NCBI GenBank assembly: GCA_025656435.1
Contig: JAHXHT010000001.1
Coordinates: forward strand, 1-36,818
Length of the DNA stretch: 36,818 nt
Origin: Candidatus Thiodiazotropha sp. (ex Gloverina cf. vestifex)
Lineage (GTDB): Bacteria > Pseudomonadota > Gammaproteobacteria > Chromatiales > Chromatiaceae
Direction of reading: 5' to 3'
Below the pieces are notes generated by a model. The model saw nothing but the letters and a program-made list of their open reading frames with translations, was not told the origin of the DNA and searched no databases. Below are positions 8,835 to 23,836 of this stretch, in pieces (the stretch's first letter is position 1; every line of letters starts with the position of its first letter). A program made the translations under genes and the position numbers.

Positions 8835-9362
8835 TTGGCACTCAACCTTGAGCAAAAGAAAGCCATCGTTGCCGAAGTCAGTGACGTAGCCAGCAGCGCG
8901 CTTTCCGCGGTTGCCGCTGAGTACAGGGGATTGACTGTCGGGGAGATGACAGCGTTGCGACGTGAAGCGCGCAACAATGGCGTCTACCTGCGCGTGGTCA
9001 AGAATTCCCTGGCCAGGCGTGCCGTGGAAGATACCGAATTTGCCTGCATGCAGGAAGGAATGACGGGTCCTTTGATCCTCGCCTTTTCGCAGGAAGATCC
9101 GGGTGCTGCCGCCCGCGTTATTAAGGACTTTGCCAAGGAGCATAAGCTTCTCGAAGTCAGAATGGTATCTATTGGTGGCCAGATGCTTGCCCCCAATGAG
9201 ATCGATGTTCTGGCCAAGATGCCGACCTACGATCAGGCGATCAGTTTACTGATGGCCGTGATGAAGGCGCCGGTAGAGAAGCTGACTCGCACCATGAACG
9301 AGGTGCCCGGCAAGCTGGTCCGGACTGTGGCTGCGATCAAGGACGCCAAAGAGGCGGCCTGA
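8835..9362 (+). CDS. rplJ: 50S ribosomal protein L10
   Basis: MALNLEQKKAIVAEV, AEYRGLTV, VVKNSLARRA; TTG start after AGGAGGT. Confidence 0.98.
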   Translation: MALNLEQKKAIVAEVSDVASSALSAVAAEYRGLTVGEMTALRREARNNGVYLRVVKNSLARRAVEDTEFACMQEGMTGPLILAFSQEDPGAAARVIKDFAKEHKLLEVRMVSIGGQMLAPNEIDVLAKMPTYDQAISLLMAVMKAPVEKLTRTMNEVPGKLVRTVAAIKDAKEAA

Positions 9363-9414
9363 TCGGCTTTACCTAGTATCTATATCGTGCTAATCAATTT
9401 ATTGGAGTTTAACA

Positions 9415-9792
9415 ATGGCCGTTTCTAAAGAAGAGATCCTCGAGGCGATTGCTGAAATGTCTGTAATGGATGTTGTCGGTTTGATCGAGGCAATGGAAGA
9501 AAAATTTGGCGTCAGTGCCGCAGCTGCAGTTGCAGCCGCACCTGCCGCTGCTGGTGGTGCTGAAGCCGCCGTTGAAGAGAAGACCGAGTTCGACGCGGTC
9601 CTGGCTGAAATCGGCGGTAACAAGATTGCCGTCATCAAGGCTGTTCGTGCTATCACCGGTTTGGGCCTGAAAGAAGCCAAGGAAGCTGTTGAAGGTGCAC
9701 CGACCGTGCTGAAGGAAGGTGTCAGCAAGGATGAGGCCGAAGAGGTCAAGAAGCAGTTGGAAGAGGCAGGCGCCAAAGCTGAGATCAAATAA
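9415..9792 (+). CDS. rplL: 50S ribosomal protein L7/L12
   Basis: Ala-rich hinge, [28 protein letters not shown]. Confidence 0.99.
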   Translation: MAVSKEEILEAIAEMSVMDVVGLIEAMEEKFGVSAAAAVAAAPAAAGGAEAAVEEKTEFDAVLAEIGGNKIAVIKAVRAITGLGLKEAKEAVEGAPTVLKEGVSKDEAEEVKKQLEEAGAKAEIK

Positions 9793-9813
9793 GATTCTCT
9801 GCTCTACGTCTGT

Positions 9814-9868
9814 AAACAGGCGGAATTGGGGCTGGTGGCTTTTTGCTGCCGGCCCTTTCCCGCTTGTT
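9814..9868 (+). promoter_or_regulatory. rplL-rpoB attenuator hairpin (P26-like element)
   Basis: Stem GGGCTGGTGGC (9829-9839) / GCTGCCGGCCC (9845-9855) followed by TTTCCCGCT; position and sequence resemble the gammaproteobacterial rplL-rpoB attenuator/P26. Confidence 0.65.
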
Positions 9869-10009
9869 GTCCGGGTGCGATAGATAGTACCCGGCGCTAG
9901 GTTCCCTGAGCCAATAAATCAGGAATGAGATCGATGCGGTTGATGTTCCCAGCGGGATGTTGAGACCGACACCGTAACCACAAAGCCTACGACACTGAGG
10001 GATGGCAGC

Positions 10010-13000
10010 ATGGCCTATTCTTTCACCGAAAAAAAGCGTATCCGCAAAGACTTCGGCAAACGTCCCAGCATTCTGGATGTTCCGTTTCTTCTGGCGACTC
10101 AGATCGATTCTTATCGGGATTTTCTGCAGGATGGCGTCGCGCCGAATGAGCGTCAGGACGTCGGTCTGCATGCGGCCTTTAAATCGGTTATGCCGATTAC
10201 CAGTTATTCCGGGAATGCAGTCCTCGAGTATGTGAATTACAAACTGGGCGAACCGGTTTTTGACGTACGCGAATGCCAACTGCGCGGCACTACCTACGCT
10301 GCACCTCTGCGCGTATTGGTGCGACTGGTGATCTACGATAAAGAGGCACCGGCGGGTTCCAAGGTTGTGAAGGATATCCGTGAGCAAGAAGTCTACATGG
10401 GCGAGCTGCCCATGATGACCGATACCGGCACCTTTGTCATTAACGGTACCGAGCGTGTCATCGTTTCACAGCTGCATCGCTCCCCAGGTGTCTTTTTTGA
10501 CCATGATCGGGGTAAGACACACTCCTCAGGCAAGCTATTGTTTTCTGCCCGAGTGATTCCCTACCGTGGTTCCTGGCTCGACTTCGAATTTGACCCAAAA
10601 GATAATGTCTTTGTCCGTATCGACCGTCGCCGCAAGCTACCGGCTACTATCCTTTTGCGTGCCTTGGGCTTCGATGCTGAACAGATTATCGAGATGTTCT
10701 TCGAGACCGACACCTTCAGTCTGACCAAGCGGACATTGAGGGTCGATCTGGTGCCGGAACGACTGCGTGGCGAGACCGTGACTTTCGATATCAAAACGGG
10801 AGATCAGGTTATCGTTGAGGCGGGTCGCCGGATTACTGCCCGTCATATCCGTGAGCTGGAAAAGGCGGGTGTTAAAAAGCTGGATGTCCCTCGGGATTTT
10901 ATCGTTGGCAAAGTGCTGGCTCACAATGTGGTCGACAAAGAGACCGGTGAACTGATCGCTGAGGCCAATGCCGAGCTGACTGAAGAGATATTTGATGTAT
11001 TGGTCGAAAAGGGCGTAAAAAAGCTCAATACCCTCTTCACCAATGACCTGGATCATGGATCGTTTCTGTCAGAGACGCTACGCATCGACTCCACTTCCAA
11101 TGAGTTAGAGGCTCAGGTTGAGATCTACCGCATGATGCGACCCGGTGAGCCGCCGACCAAGGAAGCCGCCCAGAACCTCTTCAATAATCTGTTTTTCACA
11201 TCTGACCGATATGATCTTTCTGCCGTCGGTCGCATGAAGTTCAATCGTCGTCTCAGTAGAGAGGATGAAGTGGGAGAGGGCATACTCTCCAAAGAGGATA
11301 TCGTCGATGTTCTGAGAGAATTGATCGATATCCGTAACGGCAACGGTGTGGTGGATGATATCGACCATCTCGGCAATCGCCGCATTCGTTGTGTGGGTGA
11401 GATGGCGGAGAATCAGTTCCGCGTCGGCCTGGTCCGTGTTGAGCGTGCCGTGAAGGAACGCCTGACCCAGGCGGAGTCCGAAGGACTGATGCCTCAGGAG
11501 ATGATCAACGCCAAGCCAGTTTCTGCCGCTATCAAAGAGTTCTTTGGCTCTAGTCAGCTGTCACAGTTCATGGATCAGAATAACCCGTTGTCGGAAGTGA
11601 CTCACAAACGTCGTGTGTCCGCATTGGGCCCGGGTGGTTTGGCACGAGAACGCGCCGGCTTCGAAGTGCGGGATGTCCATCCTACCCACTACGGCCGTGT
11701 CTGCCCGATTGAAACCCCTGAAGGACCGAATATCGGCTTGATCAACTCGCTTGCGGTCTACGCGCGTACCAATAGATACGGTTTTCTTGAAACCCCTTAC
11801 CGTAAGGTTGTGGATAGTAAGGTAACCGATCAGATCGACTACCTGTCTGCGATCGAAGAGGGACGCTACGTTATCGCTCAGGCCAATGCACAACTAGATA
11901 CGAAGGGAAAGCTGACCGATGAGTTGGTTTCTTCTCGTTTCCAGAATGAATTCACCTTGTCCACACCGGACAAAGTCCAGTACATGGACGTATCGCCCAA
12001 GCAGATAGTCTCTGTTGCTGCAGCGCTAATTCCGTTCCTGGAACATGATGATGCCAACCGCGCCCTCATGGGGTCCAACATGCAGCGCCAGGCAGTGCCA
12101 GTGCTCCGTGCCGAAAAACCACTGGTAGGCACCGGTATCGAACGCGTGGTGGCAGTGGATTCCGGCGTGACTGTTGTCTCCAAGCGCGGTGGAGAGATCG
12201 AGTCTGTCGATGCGGCGAGAATTGTGGTGCGGGTTAATGACGACGAGACCGAGGCGGGCGAGCCGGGTGTCGATATCTACAACCTGACAAAATACACGCG
12301 TTCCAATCAGAACACCTGTATCAATCAGCGTCCGCTGGTGAATGTGGGTGATCAGATTGCACGAGGTGATGTGCTGGCCGATGGTCCCTCGACCGATATG
12401 GGCGAGCTGGCATTGGGGCAAAATCTCCGTGTCGCTTTCATGCCCTGGAATGGTTACAACTTCGAAGATTCGATTCTCATCTCCGAACGTGTGGTGGAGG
12501 AAGATCGTTTCACCTCCATTCATATCGAAGAGATGACCTGCGTGGCCCGTGATACCAAACTGGGTCCTGAGGAGATCACCGGTGATATCCCGAATGTGGG
12601 TGAGGCGGCGCTCTCGAAATTGGATGAGTCGGGTATCGTCTATATCGGTGCTGAAGTGCACGAGAGCGACATCCTGGTGGGCAAGGTCACACCCAAGGGC
12701 GAGTCACAGCTGACGCCTGAGGAGAAGTTGCTGCGCGCCATCTTCGGTGAGAAGGCATCCGATGTGAAAGACACCTCACTGCGCGTCTCCTCCGGCATGG
12801 TCGGTACGGTTATCGATGTTCAGGTCTTCACCCGTGACGGTGTAGAAAAGGATGCTCGCGCACTGCAGATCGAGCAGGTCGAGTTGGATCGGGTACGCAA
12901 GGACCTGGATGATCAGCTGCGAATCATGGAGGACGATACCTTTAACCGTATCGAGAAGATGCTGTTGGGTAAGCTGGTTGACGGTGGTCCTAACCATATC

Positions 13001-14086
13001 AAAGCGGGGACAAAGGTCACCAAAGGGTATCTGACGGAAATCGAACGCGATAAGTGGCTGGAGATACGCCTGCGCAATGAGGATGCAGCCGCCCAGTTGG
13101 AGACGATTGCCGAGCAGATCAAGGCTCAGCGTGAAGACTTCCGTAATAAATACGAGGAGAAGAAACGCAAGCTGACAGCCGGTGATGACCTGGCACCGGG
13201 TGTGCTGAAGATGGTCAAGTGCTATGTGGCCGTTAAGCGCCGGGTGCAACCTGGAGACAAGATGGCCGGACGCCACGGTAACAAGGGTGTTATCTCGACC
13301 ATCGTGCCGGTCGAGGATATGCCGTTCGATGAGCATGGCGAACCGGTGGATATTGTGTTGAACCCCCTCGGCGTACCTTCCCGAATGAATGTCGGGCAGG
13401 TACTGGAAACCCATCTGGGTTTTGCCGCCAAGGGTGTCGGGCGCCGTATTGGTGCGATGCTTGAAGAGCAGGTGAAGATGGCTGAAGTGAGGAAGTTCCT
13501 CGATAAGGTCTACAACACCAGCGGTAAGAAGGAAGATATAGGTTCCATGACCGATGAAGAGGTTGTGGCCATGTGTAACAACCTGCGCGGTGGTGTGCCC
13601 ATGGCGACACCGGTTTTCGATGGTGCGCATGAGACCGAAGTCAAACAGATGCTGGAACTGGCAGGATTGCCAGAGAGTGGACAGTGCAAGCTGTTCGATG
13701 GCCGAACCGGCGAGTCCTTCGAGCGCGACGTTACAGTGGGTTATATGTACATGCTTAAGCTCAACCATCTGGTCGATGACAAGATGCATGCGCGTTCAAC
13801 CGGTCCATACAGCCTGGTTACCCAGCAACCCCTGGGTGGTAAGGCGCAGTTTGGTGGACAACGCTTTGGTGAGATGGAGGTCTGGGCGCTGGAGGCTTAC
13901 GGTGCTGCCTATACCTTGCAAGAAATGCTTACCGTCAAGTCGGACGACGTCAATGGCCGCACCCGGATGTATAAAAACATCGTGGATGGCAACCATCAGA
14001 TGGAGGCAGGTATGCCCGAGTCGTTCAACGTGCTGGTTAAAGAGATTCGTTCTCTGGCCATCAATATCGAATTGGAACAGGACTGA
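10010..14086 (+). CDS. rpoB: DNA-directed RNA polymerase subunit beta
   Basis: 1358 aa; [53 protein letters not shown]; no intein or frameshift seen. Confidence 0.99.
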   Translation: MAYSFTEKKRIRKDFGKRPSILDVPFLLATQIDSYRDFLQDGVAPNERQDVGLHAAFKSVMPITSYSGNAVLEYVNYKLGEPVFDVRECQLRGTTYAAPLRVLVRLVIYDKEAPAGSKVVKDIREQEVYMGELPMMTDTGTFVINGTERVIVSQLHRSPGVFFDHDRGKTHSSGKLLFSARVIPYRGSWLDFEFDPKDNVFVRIDRRRKLPATILLRALGFDAEQIIEMFFETDTFSLTKRTLRVDLVPERLRGETVTFDIKTGDQVIVEAGRRITARHIRELEKAGVKKLDVPRDFIVGKVLAHNVVDKETGELIAEANAELTEEIFDVLVEKGVKKLNTLFTNDLDHGSFLSETLRIDSTSNELEAQVEIYRMMRPGEPPTKEAAQNLFNNLFFTSDRYDLSAVGRMKFNRRLSREDEVGEGILSKEDIVDVLRELIDIRNGNGVVDDIDHLGNRRIRCVGEMAENQFRVGLVRVERAVKERLTQAESEGLMPQEMINAKPVSAAIKEFFGSSQLSQFMDQNNPLSEVTHKRRVSALGPGGLARERAGFEVRDVHPTHYGRVCPIETPEGPNIGLINSLAVYARTNRYGFLETPYRKVVDSKVTDQIDYLSAIEEGRYVIAQANAQLDTKGKLTDELVSSRFQNEFTLSTPDKVQYMDVSPKQIVSVAAALIPFLEHDDANRALMGSNMQRQAVPVLRAEKPLVGTGIERVVAVDSGVTVVSKRGGEIESVDAARIVVRVNDDETEAGEPGVDIYNLTKYTRSNQNTCINQRPLVNVGDQIARGDVLADGPSTDMGELALGQNLRVAFMPWNGYNFEDSILISERVVEEDRFTSIHIEEMTCVARDTKLGPEEITGDIPNVGEAALSKLDESGIVYIGAEVHESDILVGKVTPKGESQLTPEEKLLRAIFGEKASDVKDTSLRVSSGMVGTVIDVQVFTRDGVEKDARALQIEQVELDRVRKDLDDQLRIMEDDTFNRIEKMLLGKLVDGGPNHIKAGTKVTKGYLTEIERDKWLEIRLRNEDAAAQLETIAEQIKAQREDFRNKYEEKKRKLTAGDDLAPGVLKMVKCYVAVKRRVQPGDKMAGRHGNKGVISTIVPVEDMPFDEHGEPVDIVLNPLGVPSRMNVGQVLETHLGFAAKGVGRRIGAMLEEQVKMAEVRKFLDKVYNTSGKKEDIGSMTDEEVVAMCNNLRGGVPMATPVFDGAHETEVKQMLELAGLPESGQCKLFDGRTGESFERDVTVGYMYMLKLNHLVDDKMHARSTGPYSLVTQQPLGGKAQFGGQRFGEMEVWALEAYGAAYTLQEMLTVKSDDVNGRTRMYKNIVDGNHQMEAGMPESFNVLVKEIRSLAINIELEQD

Positions 14087-14128
14087 GGCACTGACTCAGG
14101 TCAGTAACCGAATGCAGGAGAGACGATC

Positions 14129-17100
14129 TTGAAAGATCTACTGAATATTCTTAAGCAGCAGGGTCAGACTGAAGACTTCGACGCCATCCGTATTGGCTTG
14201 GCGTCGCCGGACATGATCCGTTCCTGGTCCTATGGCGAAGTGAAGAAGCCGGAGACCATCAACTATCGTACCTTCAAGCCGGAACGTGACGGTCTATTCT
14301 GTGCCAAGATCTTTGGCCCGGTTAGCGACTACGAGTGTCTTTGCGGCAAGTACAAGCGCCTTAAACATCGCGGTGTAGTGTGTGAGAAGTGTGGTGTCGA
14401 AGTGACGCTGGCTAAAGTGCGCCGTGAACGTATGGGTCACATCGAGTTGGCCAGTCCGGTAGCGCATATCTGGTTCCTCAAATCGCTGCCGTCACGTATC
14501 GGTCTCCTGATGGATATGACCCTGCGCGATATTGAGCGGGTGCTCTATTTCGAATCCTTCGTGGTTGTCGATCCCGGTATGACACCGCTTGAGCGCGGTC
14601 AGTTGCTGACCGACGAGCAGTATCTCGATGCCATCGAAGAGAATGGTGACGAATTCGACGCTCGCATGGGCGCCGAAGCGGTCTATGAGCTGCTGAAGAC
14701 GATTGATATCCCGCAAGAGGTCAAGCGACTGCGTGAGGATATTCAAGGCACCAACTCCGAGACCAAGATCAAGAAATTCACCAAGCGCTTGAAGTTGCTG
14801 GAATCTCTGCTGGATTCCGGTAATCGCCCCGAGTGGATGGTGATGACAGTTCTGCCGGTATTGCCGCCGGAGTTGCGTCCACTTGTTCCCTTGGATGGCG
14901 GTCGTTTTGCAACTTCCGATCTTAACGACCTCTATCGCCGGGTGATCAATCGTAATAATCGTCTGAAACGCCTGCTCGATCTCAATGCGCCCGATATCAT
15001 CGTGCGGAACGAAAAGCGTATGCTGCAGGAATCGGTTGATGCCTTGTTGGATAATGGCCGTCGTGGCCGTGCCATCACCGGCACCAACCGCCGTCCGCTG
15101 AAATCTCTTGCCGACATGATCAAAGGTAAGCAGGGTCGCTTTCGTCAGAATCTGCTCGGTAAGCGCGTCGATTATTCCGGTCGTTCGGTTATCGTGGTGG
15201 GTCCGACGCTCAAGTTGCACCAGTGTGGTCTGCCCAAGCGTATGGCACTGGAGCTGTTCAAGCCCTTTATCTTCAGCAAGCTTCAACTGCGTGGTCTGGC
15301 CACTACCATCAAGGCGGCAAAGAAGCTGGTCGAGCGTGGTACTGGTGATGTGTGGGATATCCTCGAAGAGGTCATCCGTGAGCATCCTGTCATGCTCAAT
15401 CGTGCACCCACCCTGCATCGTCTCGGTATCCAGGCCTTCGAGCCGGTACTGATCGAAGGTAAGGCAATCCAGCTTCATCCGCTGGTTTGTACTGCGTTCA
15501 ACGCAGACTTCGACGGTGACCAGATGGCGGTCCATGTGCCGCTATCTCTGGAAGCGCAGTTGGAAGCGCGCAGCCTGATGATGTCGACCAACAATATTCT
15601 TTCGCCTGCCAATGGCGATCCCATCATCGTGCCTTCCCAGGATGTGGTGTTGGGTCTCTATTTCATGACCCGCGAGCGGGTCAATGCGCTAGGTGAGGGC
15701 ATGGTCTTCGCGGACCCAGACGAGGCAAAACGTGCCTACGAGGCTGGAAAAGCGGACCTTCAGGCCAGAGTAAAAGTTCGCCTGCGCGAAGTGGTGCAGG
15801 ATGAGAGTGGTGAAAGAACAGAAGCCACAAAGATCGTCGATACCACGATCGGACGTACGATCGTCTTTTCCATCGTGCCGGAAGGTCTCCCGTTCGAGAG
15901 TGTGGACCAGCCCATGGGTAAAAAGCAGATCTCGAATCTGATTAATGCCTGCTATCGTCAGCTGGGACTGAAGGACACCGTGATCTTTGCTGATCAGCTG
16001 ATGTATATGGGTTTTCGCTACGCGACCCGAGCAGCTGTCTCTTTCTGCTCAAATGACATGGTAGTCCCTGAAGAGAAGGGCGATATTCTGTCTCGCGCTG
16101 AGGCCGAGGTTAAGGAGATCGAAAATCAGTATACCTCCGGTTTGGTGACCAACGGCGAACGTTACAACAAGGTGGTCGATATCTGGTCTCATACTAACGA
16201 CCAGGTGGCGAAGGCGATGATGGGCAAACTGGGTAAGGAGAAAGTGGCTGACCGCGAAGGAAAAGAAGTAGAGCAGGACTCCTTTAACTCAGTCTACATG
16301 ATGGCCGATTCCGGTGCTCGTGGTTCAGCGGCGCAGATTCGTCAGCTGGCTGGTATGCGTGGCCTGATGGCCAAACCTGATGGCTCCATTATCGAAACAC
16401 CCATCACGGCTAACTTCCGTGAAGGTCTTGACGTTCTACAGTACTTCATCTCCACGCATGGTGCTCGTAAGGGTCTGGCGGATACGGCGTTGAAGACCGC
16501 TAACTCAGGTTATCTGACCCGGCGCCTGGTTGATGTTGCGCAGGACATGGTGGTACTCGAGGAGGACTGCGGTACCGACGGAGGTCTGCTGATGCAGCCG
16601 ATCATCGAAGGTGGTGACGTGGTCACGCCTCTGCGTGAGCGCATCCTCGGACGGGTTACCGCAGAGAACGTTTTACGCCCCAGTACCGACGAGATAGTCT
16701 GCGAAGTAGGCACCCTGCTGGACGAGGCCTGGGTAGAAAAGCTCGAAGTTGCTGGTGTCGACCATATGATGGTGAGATCCGCGATTACCTGTAAGGCCAA
16801 AGTAGGTGCTTGCGCCAAATGCTATGGTCGTGACTTGGCTCGTGGTCATGAGGTCAACATGGGCGAATCGGTCGGCGTCATTGCAGCGCAGTCCATTGGT
16901 GAGCCCGGCACCCAGCTGACTATGCGGACGTTCCACATTGGTGGCGCAGCCTCCCGTTCCGCTGCGATCAATAACATACAGGTCAAGGCGGCAGGCATCG
17001 TCAAGCTGCACAACATCAAGACTGTCAAGCATGCTGCAGGACACCTGGTGGCCACATCACGTTCCGGTGAGCTGACAATTGTTGATGACGTGGGCCGCGA

Positions 17101-18343
17101 ACGTGAGCGGTACAAACTGCCATATGGTGCCGTTCTGCATGTAGAAGATGGAACCGCAGTTGAGGGCGGACAGATCGTTGCCAACTGGGATCCTCACACC
17201 CATCCGGTCATCACCGAAGTGGATGGTGTACTTCGATTCGTGGATTTTGTCGACGGCGTGACCGTACAGAAGAAGACCGATGAAGTCACCGGGCTCAGCT
17301 CCCTTGAGGTTATTGATCCGAAACAGCGTCCGCCAGCTGGCAAAGATATTCGTCCGATGGTCAAGCTGGTTGACGAAAAAGGCAAAGATCTCAATATTGC
17401 AGGCACCGATATTCCTGCTCACTACTATCTACCGGCAAATGCGGTGGTCAGTGTTCAGGATGGCGCGGATGTTGTCGTGGGTGACGTGCTGGCGCGTATT
17501 CCTCAAGAGTCCTCTAAGACCCGTGATATCACCGGTGGTTTGCCACGGGTGGCGGATCTCTTCGAGGCACGTAAACCAAAAGATCCCGCTATCCTGGCCG
17601 AGGCAACGGGTACGGTCAGCTTCGGTAAGGACACCAAGGGTAAGCAGCGTTTGATCATCACTGATGCGGATGGCGAACAGCATGAGGAGTTGATTCCTAA
17701 GTGGCGCCACGTGAACGTGTTCGAAGGTGAGCAGGTGGTGAAGGGCGAAATGATCTCTGATGGAGAGCTCAATCCACACGACATCCTGCGTCTGAAAGGC
17801 GTGACTGACTTGGCCGAGTATCTGGTCAAAGAGATCCAAGACGTCTATCGCCTGCAGGGTGTAAAAATCAATGATAAGCATATCGAGGTCATCATCCGGC
17901 AGATGTTGCGTAAAATCGAGATCACCCGGCCGGGAGACAGCAAATTCCTGAAAGGTGAGCAGATTGAGAGGTCTGCACTGGTGGAAGAGACTGAGAAGTT
18001 GGCGGCAGAGGGCAAGCATACAGCGCTCTTTGTGCCGCTGTTACTGGGTATCACCAAGGCCTCCCTGGCTACGGAGTCTTTTATCTCTGCAGCTTCTTTC
18101 CAGGAGACCACCCGAGTGCTTACCGAGGCAGCAGTCCGTGGTCTCGGCGACCGACTGAACGGCTTGAAAGAAAACGTGATCGTCGGACGTCTGATTCCGG
18201 CCGGAACTGGACTCTCGTACCATACCGAGCGCCGTCGTCGGCGTCAGGAAGAGCTCATGGAGCCTGAGGGCAAGCCTGGGCTCGTGGTCGAAGAAGTGGA
18301 GCAGGCCTTTAAAGAGGCGCTGAATACCCCTGAAGCTGAGTGA
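14129..18343 (+). CDS. rpoC: DNA-directed RNA polymerase subunit beta'
   Basis: 1404 aa; NADFDGD catalytic motif, N-terminal Zn finger [15 protein letters not shown]; TTG start after GGAG. Confidence 0.99.
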   Translation: MKDLLNILKQQGQTEDFDAIRIGLASPDMIRSWSYGEVKKPETINYRTFKPERDGLFCAKIFGPVSDYECLCGKYKRLKHRGVVCEKCGVEVTLAKVRRERMGHIELASPVAHIWFLKSLPSRIGLLMDMTLRDIERVLYFESFVVVDPGMTPLERGQLLTDEQYLDAIEENGDEFDARMGAEAVYELLKTIDIPQEVKRLREDIQGTNSETKIKKFTKRLKLLESLLDSGNRPEWMVMTVLPVLPPELRPLVPLDGGRFATSDLNDLYRRVINRNNRLKRLLDLNAPDIIVRNEKRMLQESVDALLDNGRRGRAITGTNRRPLKSLADMIKGKQGRFRQNLLGKRVDYSGRSVIVVGPTLKLHQCGLPKRMALELFKPFIFSKLQLRGLATTIKAAKKLVERGTGDVWDILEEVIREHPVMLNRAPTLHRLGIQAFEPVLIEGKAIQLHPLVCTAFNADFDGDQMAVHVPLSLEAQLEARSLMMSTNNILSPANGDPIIVPSQDVVLGLYFMTRERVNALGEGMVFADPDEAKRAYEAGKADLQARVKVRLREVVQDESGERTEATKIVDTTIGRTIVFSIVPEGLPFESVDQPMGKKQISNLINACYRQLGLKDTVIFADQLMYMGFRYATRAAVSFCSNDMVVPEEKGDILSRAEAEVKEIENQYTSGLVTNGERYNKVVDIWSHTNDQVAKAMMGKLGKEKVADREGKEVEQDSFNSVYMMADSGARGSAAQIRQLAGMRGLMAKPDGSIIETPITANFREGLDVLQYFISTHGARKGLADTALKTANSGYLTRRLVDVAQDMVVLEEDCGTDGGLLMQPIIEGGDVVTPLRERILGRVTAENVLRPSTDEIVCEVGTLLDEAWVEKLEVAGVDHMMVRSAITCKAKVGACAKCYGRDLARGHEVNMGESVGVIAAQSIGEPGTQLTMRTFHIGGAASRSAAINNIQVKAAGIVKLHNIKTVKHAAGHLVATSRSGELTIVDDVGRERERYKLPYGAVLHVEDGTAVEGGQIVANWDPHTHPVITEVDGVLRFVDFVDGVTVQKKTDEVTGLSSLEVIDPKQRPPAGKDIRPMVKLVDEKGKDLNIAGTDIPAHYYLPANAVVSVQDGADVVVGDVLARIPQESSKTRDITGGLPRVADLFEARKPKDPAILAEATGTVSFGKDTKGKQRLIITDADGEQHEELIPKWRHVNVFEGEQVVKGEMISDGELNPHDILRLKGVTDLAEYLVKEIQDVYRLQGVKINDKHIEVIIRQMLRKIEITRPGDSKFLKGEQIERSALVEETEKLAAEGKHTALFVPLLLGITKASLATESFISAASFQETTRVLTEAAVRGLGDRLNGLKENVIVGRLIPAGTGLSYHTERRRRRQEELMEPEGKPGLVVEEVEQAFKEALNTPEAE

Positions 18344-18372
18344 TCATTTAGGGACAAGGCGATTACGGTCCC

Positions 18373-18407
18373 TTGACAAGCGAATAGAGCAAGCATAGAA
18401 TGCGCGC
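18373..18407 (+). promoter_or_regulatory. Sigma70 promoter of the str operon
   Basis: TTGACA (18373-18378), 17-nt spacer, TAGAAT (18396-18401), GCGCGC discriminator. Confidence 0.85.
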
Positions 18408-18607
18408 TCTTTAGACAGGCCGGCCCATGCTGGCCTGTCGTTTCTGATGCTCATAACGGCGGCTAAGCCGTTGTTGGGTAAAGTTATTTTTAGCCAGAGA
18501 AATCGGGCCGTCCTAGTGCGAAGCACGACTAAAAGGACAGTCATCGCTTTCTTCGGTGTTTTTTTTGCTTTACCGCAAACAGTCAACGTCCCTGGAGACG
18601 GAGTTAG

Positions 18608-18982
18608 ATGGCGACAATTAACCAGCTGGTGCGTAAGCCCAGGAAACGTAAAGTCCAGAAGAGTAATGTGCCGGCACTGGAGGCCTGTCCGCAGCGCCGT
18701 GGTGTTTGTACTCGTGTTTATACCACGACACCGAAAAAGCCAAACTCAGCCTTGCGTAAAGTGGCGCGTGTTCGCCTGACCAACGGCTACGAGGTCACCA
18801 GTTATATCGGTGGTGAGGGACACAATCTCCAGGAGCATTCGGTTGTGCTGATTCGTGGTGGGCGTGTGAAGGATTTACCAGGTGTTCGTTACCACACGGT
18901 GCGTGGCAGTCTGGATACGTCGGGTGTAGAAAAGCGCCGTCAGGGCCGCTCCAAATACGGTGCCAAGCGACCGAAAGGTTAG
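18608..18982 (+). CDS. rpsL: 30S ribosomal protein S12
   Basis: [25 protein letters not shown]; the streptomycin-site lysines are wild type. Confidence 0.99.
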   Translation: MATINQLVRKPRKRKVQKSNVPALEACPQRRGVCTRVYTTTPKKPNSALRKVARVRLTNGYEVTSYIGGEGHNLQEHSVVLIRGGRVKDLPGVRYHTVRGSLDTSGVEKRRQGRSKYGAKRPKG

Positions 18983-19017
18983 TGGCTACGCAGTACAAGA
19001 TTTACTTACAGGGTTGA

Positions 19018-19497
<480 letters not shown>

Positions 19498-19544
19498 GCG
19501 ACCAAATAACCCTTAATTTAGCTCTTTAAAAACAGGTTTGTAAC

Positions 19545-21641
19545 GTGGCACGGAAAACTCCTATCGAGCGCTATCGCAATATCGGTATCATGGCGCACAT
19601 CGATGCTGGTAAAACGACGACGACTGAGCGTGTGCTCTACTACACGGGTGTGTCTCACAAGATTGGTGAGGTGCATGACGGTGCGGCTACCATGGATTGG
19701 ATGGAGCAGGAGCAGGAGCGTGGTATTACCATCACTTCGGCCGCCACGACCTGTTTCTGGAGCGGTATGGGGCAGCAATTCCCCGAGCATCGCTTCAATA
19801 TTATCGATACTCCCGGACACGTGGACTTTACCATTGAGGTGGAGCGTTCCCTGCGTGTGCTTGACGGTGCGGTCTTCGTGCTGTGCGCTGTGGGTGGTGT
19901 CGAACCCCAGTCAGAGACCGTTTGGCGTCAGGCCAACAAATACAATGTCCCCCGTATGGCGTTCGTCAATAAGATGGATCGTATGGGCGCGGACTTCTTT
20001 CGTGTGGTCGGTCATCTGAAGGATCGTCTTGGTGCCAATGCGGTGCCGATCCAGGTGCCTGTGGGTGCCGAAGAAGATTTCAAGGGCGTTATCGACCTTA
20101 TTAAGATGAAGTCCATCGTCTGGAGTGAAGAGAATATGGGCGCTCAGTTTGAGTACGCCGATATTCCAGCAGACCTGCAGGATACTTGCGACGAGTGGCG
20201 CGAGCATATGGTTGAGGCTGCAGCAGAAGGCAACGACGAGTTGATGGAAAAGTATCTGGAAGAGGGTGATCTTTCAGAGGAAGAGATCCTTGAGGGTTTG
20301 CGCCAGCGTACCTTGCGTTTGGAGATTGTGCCGGTTACTTGTGGTTCTGCATTCAAGAACAAGGGTGTGCAGGCGGTTCTCGATAAGATTATCGAAGTAA
20401 TGCCCTCGCCTGTCGATGTACCTGCGATCAGCGGTATCCTGGATGACGCGGATGGAACCGAAGAAGAGCGTCCTTCGGATGACAATGCACCCTTTGCTGC
20501 ATTGGCTTTCAAAGTTGCGACTGACCCCTTTGTCGGCACCTTGACCTTCTTCCGTGTTTACTCCGGCGTGCTGAAGTCAGGTGATTCTGTCTACAATCCG
20601 GTCAAGGGCAAGAAGGAGCGTGTCGGGCGTATTTTGCAGATGCACTCTAATTCTCGCGAAGAGATCAAAGAAGTATTGGCCGGCGATATTGCTGCTGCGG
20701 TAGGTCTCAAGGATGTCACTACGGGTGACACACTGTGTGCCCTGGACAAGCCAATTACCCTGGAGCGAATGGAGTTCCCTGAGCCTGTTATCTCCGTCGC
20801 TGTAGAGCCTAAGACTAAGAGTGACCAGGAGAAGATGGGTATTGCGCTTTCCAAGTTGGCGCAGGAAGATCCCTCATTCCGTGTCGCTTCTGATGAAGAG
20901 TCAGGTCAGACGATTATCTCTGGCATGGGTGAGCTGCATCTCGATATCATCGTCGACCGTATGCGCCGCGAGTTCAATGTGGAAGCCAACGTTGGTGCTC
21001 CCCAGGTGGCCTATCGCGAGACCATCCGTAAGTCCATTGAGCAGGAAGGTAAGTTTGTACGTCAGTCGGGTGGTCGTGGTCAGTTCGGTCATGTCTATCT
21101 GCGTATAGAGCCGCAAGAGGCGGGCGTGGGCTACGAGTTCGTCAATCAGATCGTTGGTGGTGCTGTGCCGCGTGAATATATACCCGCGGTCGACAAGGGC
21201 GTGCAGGAATCCATGGGCAACGGTGTTATCGCGGGTTACCCCGTGGTTGATGTCAAGGTTACGCTTTACGATGGCTCTTACCATGACGTTGATTCCAGTG
21301 AAATGGCTTTCAAGATCGCGGGCTCTATGTGTTTCAAAGAGGGTGCTCGCAGTGCCAAGCCGGTTCTTCTTGAACCGATGATGAAAGTAGAAGTCATCAC
21401 TCCGGAAGAATACATGGGTGATGTCATGGGCGATCTTAATAGTCGTCGCGGTCTTGTTCAGGGTATGGATGACACCCCGGCTGGCAGGCAGATCAAGGCT
21501 GAAGTGCCGCTGTCCGCAATGTTCGGTTATGCGACCGACCTGCGTTCTGCGACTCAAGGCCGCGCCAATTACAGCATGGAATTCGCTAAATATTCAGAGG
21601 TGCCGGCCAGCATAGCCGACGCCATTATCAAGAAACAGTAA
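19545..21641 (+). CDS. fusA: Elongation factor G
   Basis: [34 protein letters not shown]; GTG start. Confidence 0.99.
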   Translation: MARKTPIERYRNIGIMAHIDAGKTTTTERVLYYTGVSHKIGEVHDGAATMDWMEQEQERGITITSAATTCFWSGMGQQFPEHRFNIIDTPGHVDFTIEVERSLRVLDGAVFVLCAVGGVEPQSETVWRQANKYNVPRMAFVNKMDRMGADFFRVVGHLKDRLGANAVPIQVPVGAEEDFKGVIDLIKMKSIVWSEENMGAQFEYADIPADLQDTCDEWREHMVEAAAEGNDELMEKYLEEGDLSEEEILEGLRQRTLRLEIVPVTCGSAFKNKGVQAVLDKIIEVMPSPVDVPAISGILDDADGTEEERPSDDNAPFAALAFKVATDPFVGTLTFFRVYSGVLKSGDSVYNPVKGKKERVGRILQMHSNSREEIKEVLAGDIAAAVGLKDVTTGDTLCALDKPITLERMEFPEPVISVAVEPKTKSDQEKMGIALSKLAQEDPSFRVASDEESGQTIISGMGELHLDIIVDRMRREFNVEANVGAPQVAYRETIRKSIEQEGKFVRQSGGRGQFGHVYLRIEPQEAGVGYEFVNQIVGGAVPREYIPAVDKGVQESMGNGVIAGYPVVDVKVTLYDGSYHDVDSSEMAFKIAGSMCFKEGARSAKPVLLEPMMKVEVITPEEYMGDVMGDLNSRRGLVQGMDDTPAGRQIKAEVPLSAMFGYATDLRSATQGRANYSMEFAKYSEVPASIADAIIKKQ

Positions 21642-21661
21642 TCGGGTATAGGGGTAGCACT

Positions 21662-22852
<1,191 letters not shown>

Positions 22853-22858
22853 GAGATA

Positions 22859-23170
22859 ATGGCTAACCAGAGAATTCGAATTCGTCTGAAAGCGTTTGAT
22901 CATCGTCTGATCGATCAATCCGCACGAGAAATCGTGGAAACTGCCAAGCGCACTGGTGCGCAGGTGCGTGGCCCGATTCCGCTGCCGACAAAAAATGAGC
23001 GTTTCACCATACTTGTCTCTCCGCATGTCAATAAAGATGCGCGAGATCAGTATGAGATTCGTACCCACAAACGTCTGTTGGATATTGTAGAGCCGACAGA
23101 CAAGACTGTGGATGCGTTGATGAAGCTCGATTTGGCTGCCGGTGTTGACGTGCAGATCAAACTGAACTGA
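22859..23170 (+). CDS. rpsJ: 30S ribosomal protein S10
   Basis: [41 protein letters not shown]. Confidence 0.99.
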   Translation: MANQRIRIRLKAFDHRLIDQSAREIVETAKRTGAQVRGPIPLPTKNERFTILVSPHVNKDARDQYEIRTHKRLLDIVEPTDKTVDALMKLDLAAGVDVQIKLN

Positions 23171-23180
23171 GGTTAAGAAG

Positions 23181-23831
23181 ATGGCGATTGGAATAGTCGG
23201 CCGAAAGGCAGGAATGACCCGGGTCTTCACAGACGAGGGTGTTTCGGTTCCTGTTACTGTTATAGAGGTAGCGCCTAACCTTGTTGCGCAACTTAAGCGT
23301 GAAGAGAGCGATGGTTATCTGTCTGTTCAGGTAACTTCAGGCGCGCGTAAAACTTCTCGAGTGAGTAAGCCAGAAACCGGCCACTTCGCCAAAGCGGGTG
23401 TGGAGGCTGGTCGAGGACTCTGGGAGTTTCGTGCCGAAGCTTCCGATCTTGAGGGTGTCGAGGTTGGTAGTGAGATTAAAATTGATCGCTTTGAGGTGGG
23501 TCAGTTGGTTGATGTTCGCGGACGCACTCAAGGTAAGGGTTTTCAGGGTGGTGTAAAGCGTCATAACTTTCGAATGCAGGACGCAACCCATGGTAACTCG
23601 CTGTCTCATCGCGCACCAGGTTCCATCGGGCAGTGCCAGACTCCGGGCCGGGTATTCAAAGGCAAAAAAATGGCCGGGCATATGGGCGCAGCACAGCGTT
23701 GCCAGCAGAATCTCGAAGTGGTTCGCGTTGATACTGAGCGTAATCTGCTGCTGGTCAAAGGCGCTGTTCCTGGCTCGAAGGGTGGTGATGTGATCGTCAC
23801 GCCAGCCGTGAAGATGAAGAATAAAGGGTGA
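23181..23831 (+). CDS. rplC: 50S ribosomal protein L3
   Basis: [43 protein letters not shown]. Confidence 0.99.
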   Translation: MAIGIVGRKAGMTRVFTDEGVSVPVTVIEVAPNLVAQLKREESDGYLSVQVTSGARKTSRVSKPETGHFAKAGVEAGRGLWEFRAEASDLEGVEVGSEIKIDRFEVGQLVDVRGRTQGKGFQGGVKRHNFRMQDATHGNSLSHRAPGSIGQCQTPGRVFKGKKMAGHMGAAQRCQQNLEVVRVDTERNLLLVKGAVPGSKGGDVIVTPAVKMKNKG

Positions 23832-23836
23832 CTTTC

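Noticed and set aside
11540-11670. RpoB rifampicin cluster variant GGLARER (GGLTRER in E. coli)
   Set aside because: The key rifampicin contacts (Q, D, H, R, S in [21 protein letters not shown]) are intact; no basis for claiming resistance.
12776-15535. Long antisense ORFs (337 aa and 347 aa) within rpoB and rpoC, plus many shorter ones
   Set aside because: Expected shadows from the codon bias of conserved sense genes; no independent motifs.
18447-18779. 110-aa ORF starting in the rpsL leader as a possible leader peptide
   Set aside because: No RBS; overlaps rpsL out of frame; no motif. The region is better explained as structured RNA.
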